From: the human T2T-CHM13v2.0 reference genome, Homo sapiens
NCBI RefSeq assembly: GCF_009914755.1
Contig: NC_060926.1
Direction: 5' to 3' (one strand)
Length of the DNA stretch: 64,000 bases
The translations under genes and the position numbers were made by a program. The notes under the pieces were generated by a model. It worked only from the letters and a program-made list of their open reading frames with translations, was not told the origin of the DNA and did not search any database. Shown one piece after another: positions 60,174-64,000 of this stretch (position 1 is its first letter; each line of letters begins with the position of its first letter).

Positions 60174-60515
60174 CTTTTTTCTTACATAAATAAAGAAACC
60201 TTCTAAAACTAACTGCATGCTGTGCTGGATTTATGTATTTATGCTGTATAATTAGGACTTTGAACTTTGACTGAAATGCAGTTTCATCACAAGATTCCAT
60301 GAAGCTAACCCAACCCTTCCTTGTTCAATCCCTGGGAAAACTTGTGGTTGATACAATTCAATACAAACATAGTAAGGATACTGAACAAATTAGCAGAAAT
60401 CTAGTGCTTTGGTTGATTAGCTCTTTATCAGGCACCAACTGTGCCTGATATGGTACTTACCATGCAATAGTAAGTAAATCAGAAATCCTCTTTGTTATTG
60501 AGCTCAGTCTCAATG

Positions 60516-60733
60516 TAGTGGCTCTCGATTGGTTGATTTTACCCCTCAAAAGACATCTAGCAGTTTCTGCAGAAAGTTTTTGATTGCCACAGTGGGGAAA
60601 ATGCTACTGGCATCTAGTGGGTAGAGGCAAGGGATGTTGCTAACCCTCCTACAGTAAAATACAGAGGACGGTCCCTATGGCAAAGAATTATCTGGCTGAA
60701 GATGTCAATAGTGCCAATGCTGAGATGCCTTGG
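60516..60733. mobile_element. MER20 hAT-Charlie relic
   Basis: GCTACTGGCATCTAGTGGGTAGAGGC motif. Confidence 0.82.
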
Positions 60734-60890
60734 TCAATGAATATAAACACAATATTCACAGATGTGCCACACGGTAAACTCAAGTTTCCCTGGATGGTTC
60801 TACTTGCCAGGAATCCTCACTTAAAAATGAAGTGCTTGAGGTCAAGGTAAACATCTCAAAACTGAAACAGAAATACGTAAGCCAATATTA

Positions 60891-64000
<3,110 letters not shown>

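Overview
Primate (almost certainly human) genomic DNA. Positions ~484-39400 hold nearly the whole SLC35F5 gene on the minus strand. Its 15 coding exons have GT-AG boundaries and join in phase to 1572 nt (523 aa plus TAG), and a CpG-island promoter with CRE, ETS and GC-box motifs lies at ~38840-39560. An intronic near-perfect hairpin at 3980-4076 matches MIR4782. Positions 39600-64000 are upstream intergenic DNA, mostly Alu, L1, MaLR/ERV1 LTRs and DNA-transposon relics, including a complete MST-type MaLR provirus with nested insertions. Besides the MIR4782 hairpin, two further fold-back (inverted) duplications are not explained by standard features: a 114-bp-arm, 93%-identical hairpin at 54185-54444, and a ~1.4-kb inverted duplication in intron 7 with a different Alu in each arm. 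Also of note are a short uORF in frame with the SLC35F5 start and a ~110-bp copy of a local LTR segment. No prokaryote-type system or CRISPR array was seen. Gene, miRNA and repeat family names come from recall, not from database searches, and repeat boundaries are approximate.
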